Below, one piece after another: positions 57,411 to 58,095 of a DNA stretch of 58,095 nucleotides (position 1 is the stretch's first letter; every line of letters begins with the position of its first letter). A program made the translations under genes and the position numbers. The DNA lies in the IMG/VR virus record IMGVR_UViG_3300032213_001343, positions 1-58,095 of that record; one strand, given 5' to 3'. Origin of the DNA: a virus. Lineage: Duplodnaviria; Caudoviricetes. The notes under the pieces are model-generated. The model was given only the letters and a program-made list of their open reading frames with translations. It ran no database searches and was not told the DNA's origin.

Positions 57411-57959
57411 TTATTTTGGTTTTCCAAACATCATTTTAGTGTGCATACTTCCAGCTATTTTTCTATCGTATGAACCATCTTCATTCCATTTAAGTTCTTT
57501 ACCCTTTAATGCCCTACGAACGGTAGCTTCATCGGTAACAGGTGCTAAACCTTTAGCTATAAATATATCTCTCATTTTACCAGATACTTCCACATAATAA
57601 CCACCCTTCTTTAACTTATCTACTTGATGATTTACAGCTGCTGATTTTCCTGCAGATGAACCATCATGTCCTAATGCCACAAACTTCTTACCAGCTGGTT
57701 TATATTTAGCTATTGTGGCTGCATCAATCTCATCATCACCATCTACATCTATTACATCAAAGAAATCACCCTCACCAGGAAGGTCTTCTTTATCTTTTAC
57801 ATTAGAGTGTCCACCAATTGGACCGTATGCAGTTGAAATCAAATCAAATATTATTTCTTTAAAACGAGGTAGTTCGGAACGCATAATTGGAGTCCATGTA
57901 TTTTGTGGTATCTCAAATCGTTTGTCTGCTTCTGTAAGTAAATCTTTTAATCGTATCAC
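57411..57959 (-). CDS. Hypothetical alpha/beta protein, putative internal head protein
   Basis: MIRLKDLLTE start (GTG overlapping upstream TGA). Confidence 0.7.
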   Translation of the reverse strand: MIRLKDLLTEADKRFEIPQNTWTPIMRSELPRFKEIIFDLISTAYGPIGGHSNVKDKEDLPGEGDFFDVIDVDGDDEIDAATIAKYKPAGKKFVALGHDGSSAGKSAAVNHQVDKLKKGGYYVEVSGKMRDIFIAKGLAPVTDEATVRRALKGKELKWNEDGSYDRKIAGSMHTKMMFGKPK

Positions 57960-58093
57960 AATGTAATTTTTTTATCTATATTGTATTTTTCATAAAAGTT
58001 ATTAAGAATATTTACCAAATCATCTATCATTCTTTTATGTTTCTTTTGAGAATCAATATCCCCTGCTGCAAAATCCGTCTTTGTTAATATAGT
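57956..58093 (-). CDS. C-terminal fragment of hypothetical protein entering from outside the window
   Basis: Open frame ...TILTKTDFAAGDIDSQKKHKRMIDDLVNILNNFYEKYNIDKKITL* with GTGA coupling to the next gene. Confidence 0.6.
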   Translation of the reverse strand, partial: TILTKTDFAAGDIDSQKKHKRMIDDLVNILNNFYEKYNIDKKITL

Positions 58094-58095
58094 AG

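Noticed and set aside
1749-57966. The many plus-strand ORFs of 60-156 aa in the track
   Set aside because: All lie antisense to well-supported minus-strand genes, have shadow-like composition and show no motifs.
1-58095. Stop-codon recoding as in some Bacteroidota phages
   Set aside because: Genes are full length and densely packed under the standard code.
1-58095. tRNA or rRNA genes
   Set aside because: Intergenic gaps are short and AT-rich, and no cloverleaf or T-loop signature was seen by eye.

Overview
AT-rich 58 kb segment of a large lytic myovirus with T4-type morphogenesis genes. All genes but one small regulator lie on the minus strand and read in the standard code. Promoter motifs (TAnnTTTG) and signal peptides followed by Gln point to a Bacteroidota host. 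In transcription order (right to left) it holds: small putative head-cargo proteins; a GT2 + LpxH-like pair; secreted outer-membrane beta-barrel-like proteins; an Ntn-hydrolase; a baseplate block (spike, CHAP and lysozyme paralogues, gp25, gp6, large wedge/fibre proteins); a GIY-YIG nuclease, primase and a single-chain Mre11-Rad50 (gp47-gp46) fusion; a 2484-aa tail fibre with an S74 chaperone; a glycosylation cassette; a nucleotidyltransferase/ligase-like polyprotein; terminase, portal and prohead protease; an inserted DNA methyltransferase; and the start of a probable scaffold gene. The top candidates for new biology are three. (1) A phage-encoded ADP-heptose supply plus a TibC/AAH-type protein heptosyltransferase beside tail proteins rich in (S/T)-(G/A/S)-S, suggesting virion heptosylation. 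(2) A family of head-cargo proteins sharing an MIKLxxL(L/I)xE N-terminus and ESVNE linkers, including an Ntn hydrolase whose catalytic Cys would be unmasked by the prohead protease. (3) A late promoter that is the reverse complement of the T4 one. All assignments come from motif recognition by eye; no database searches were run.
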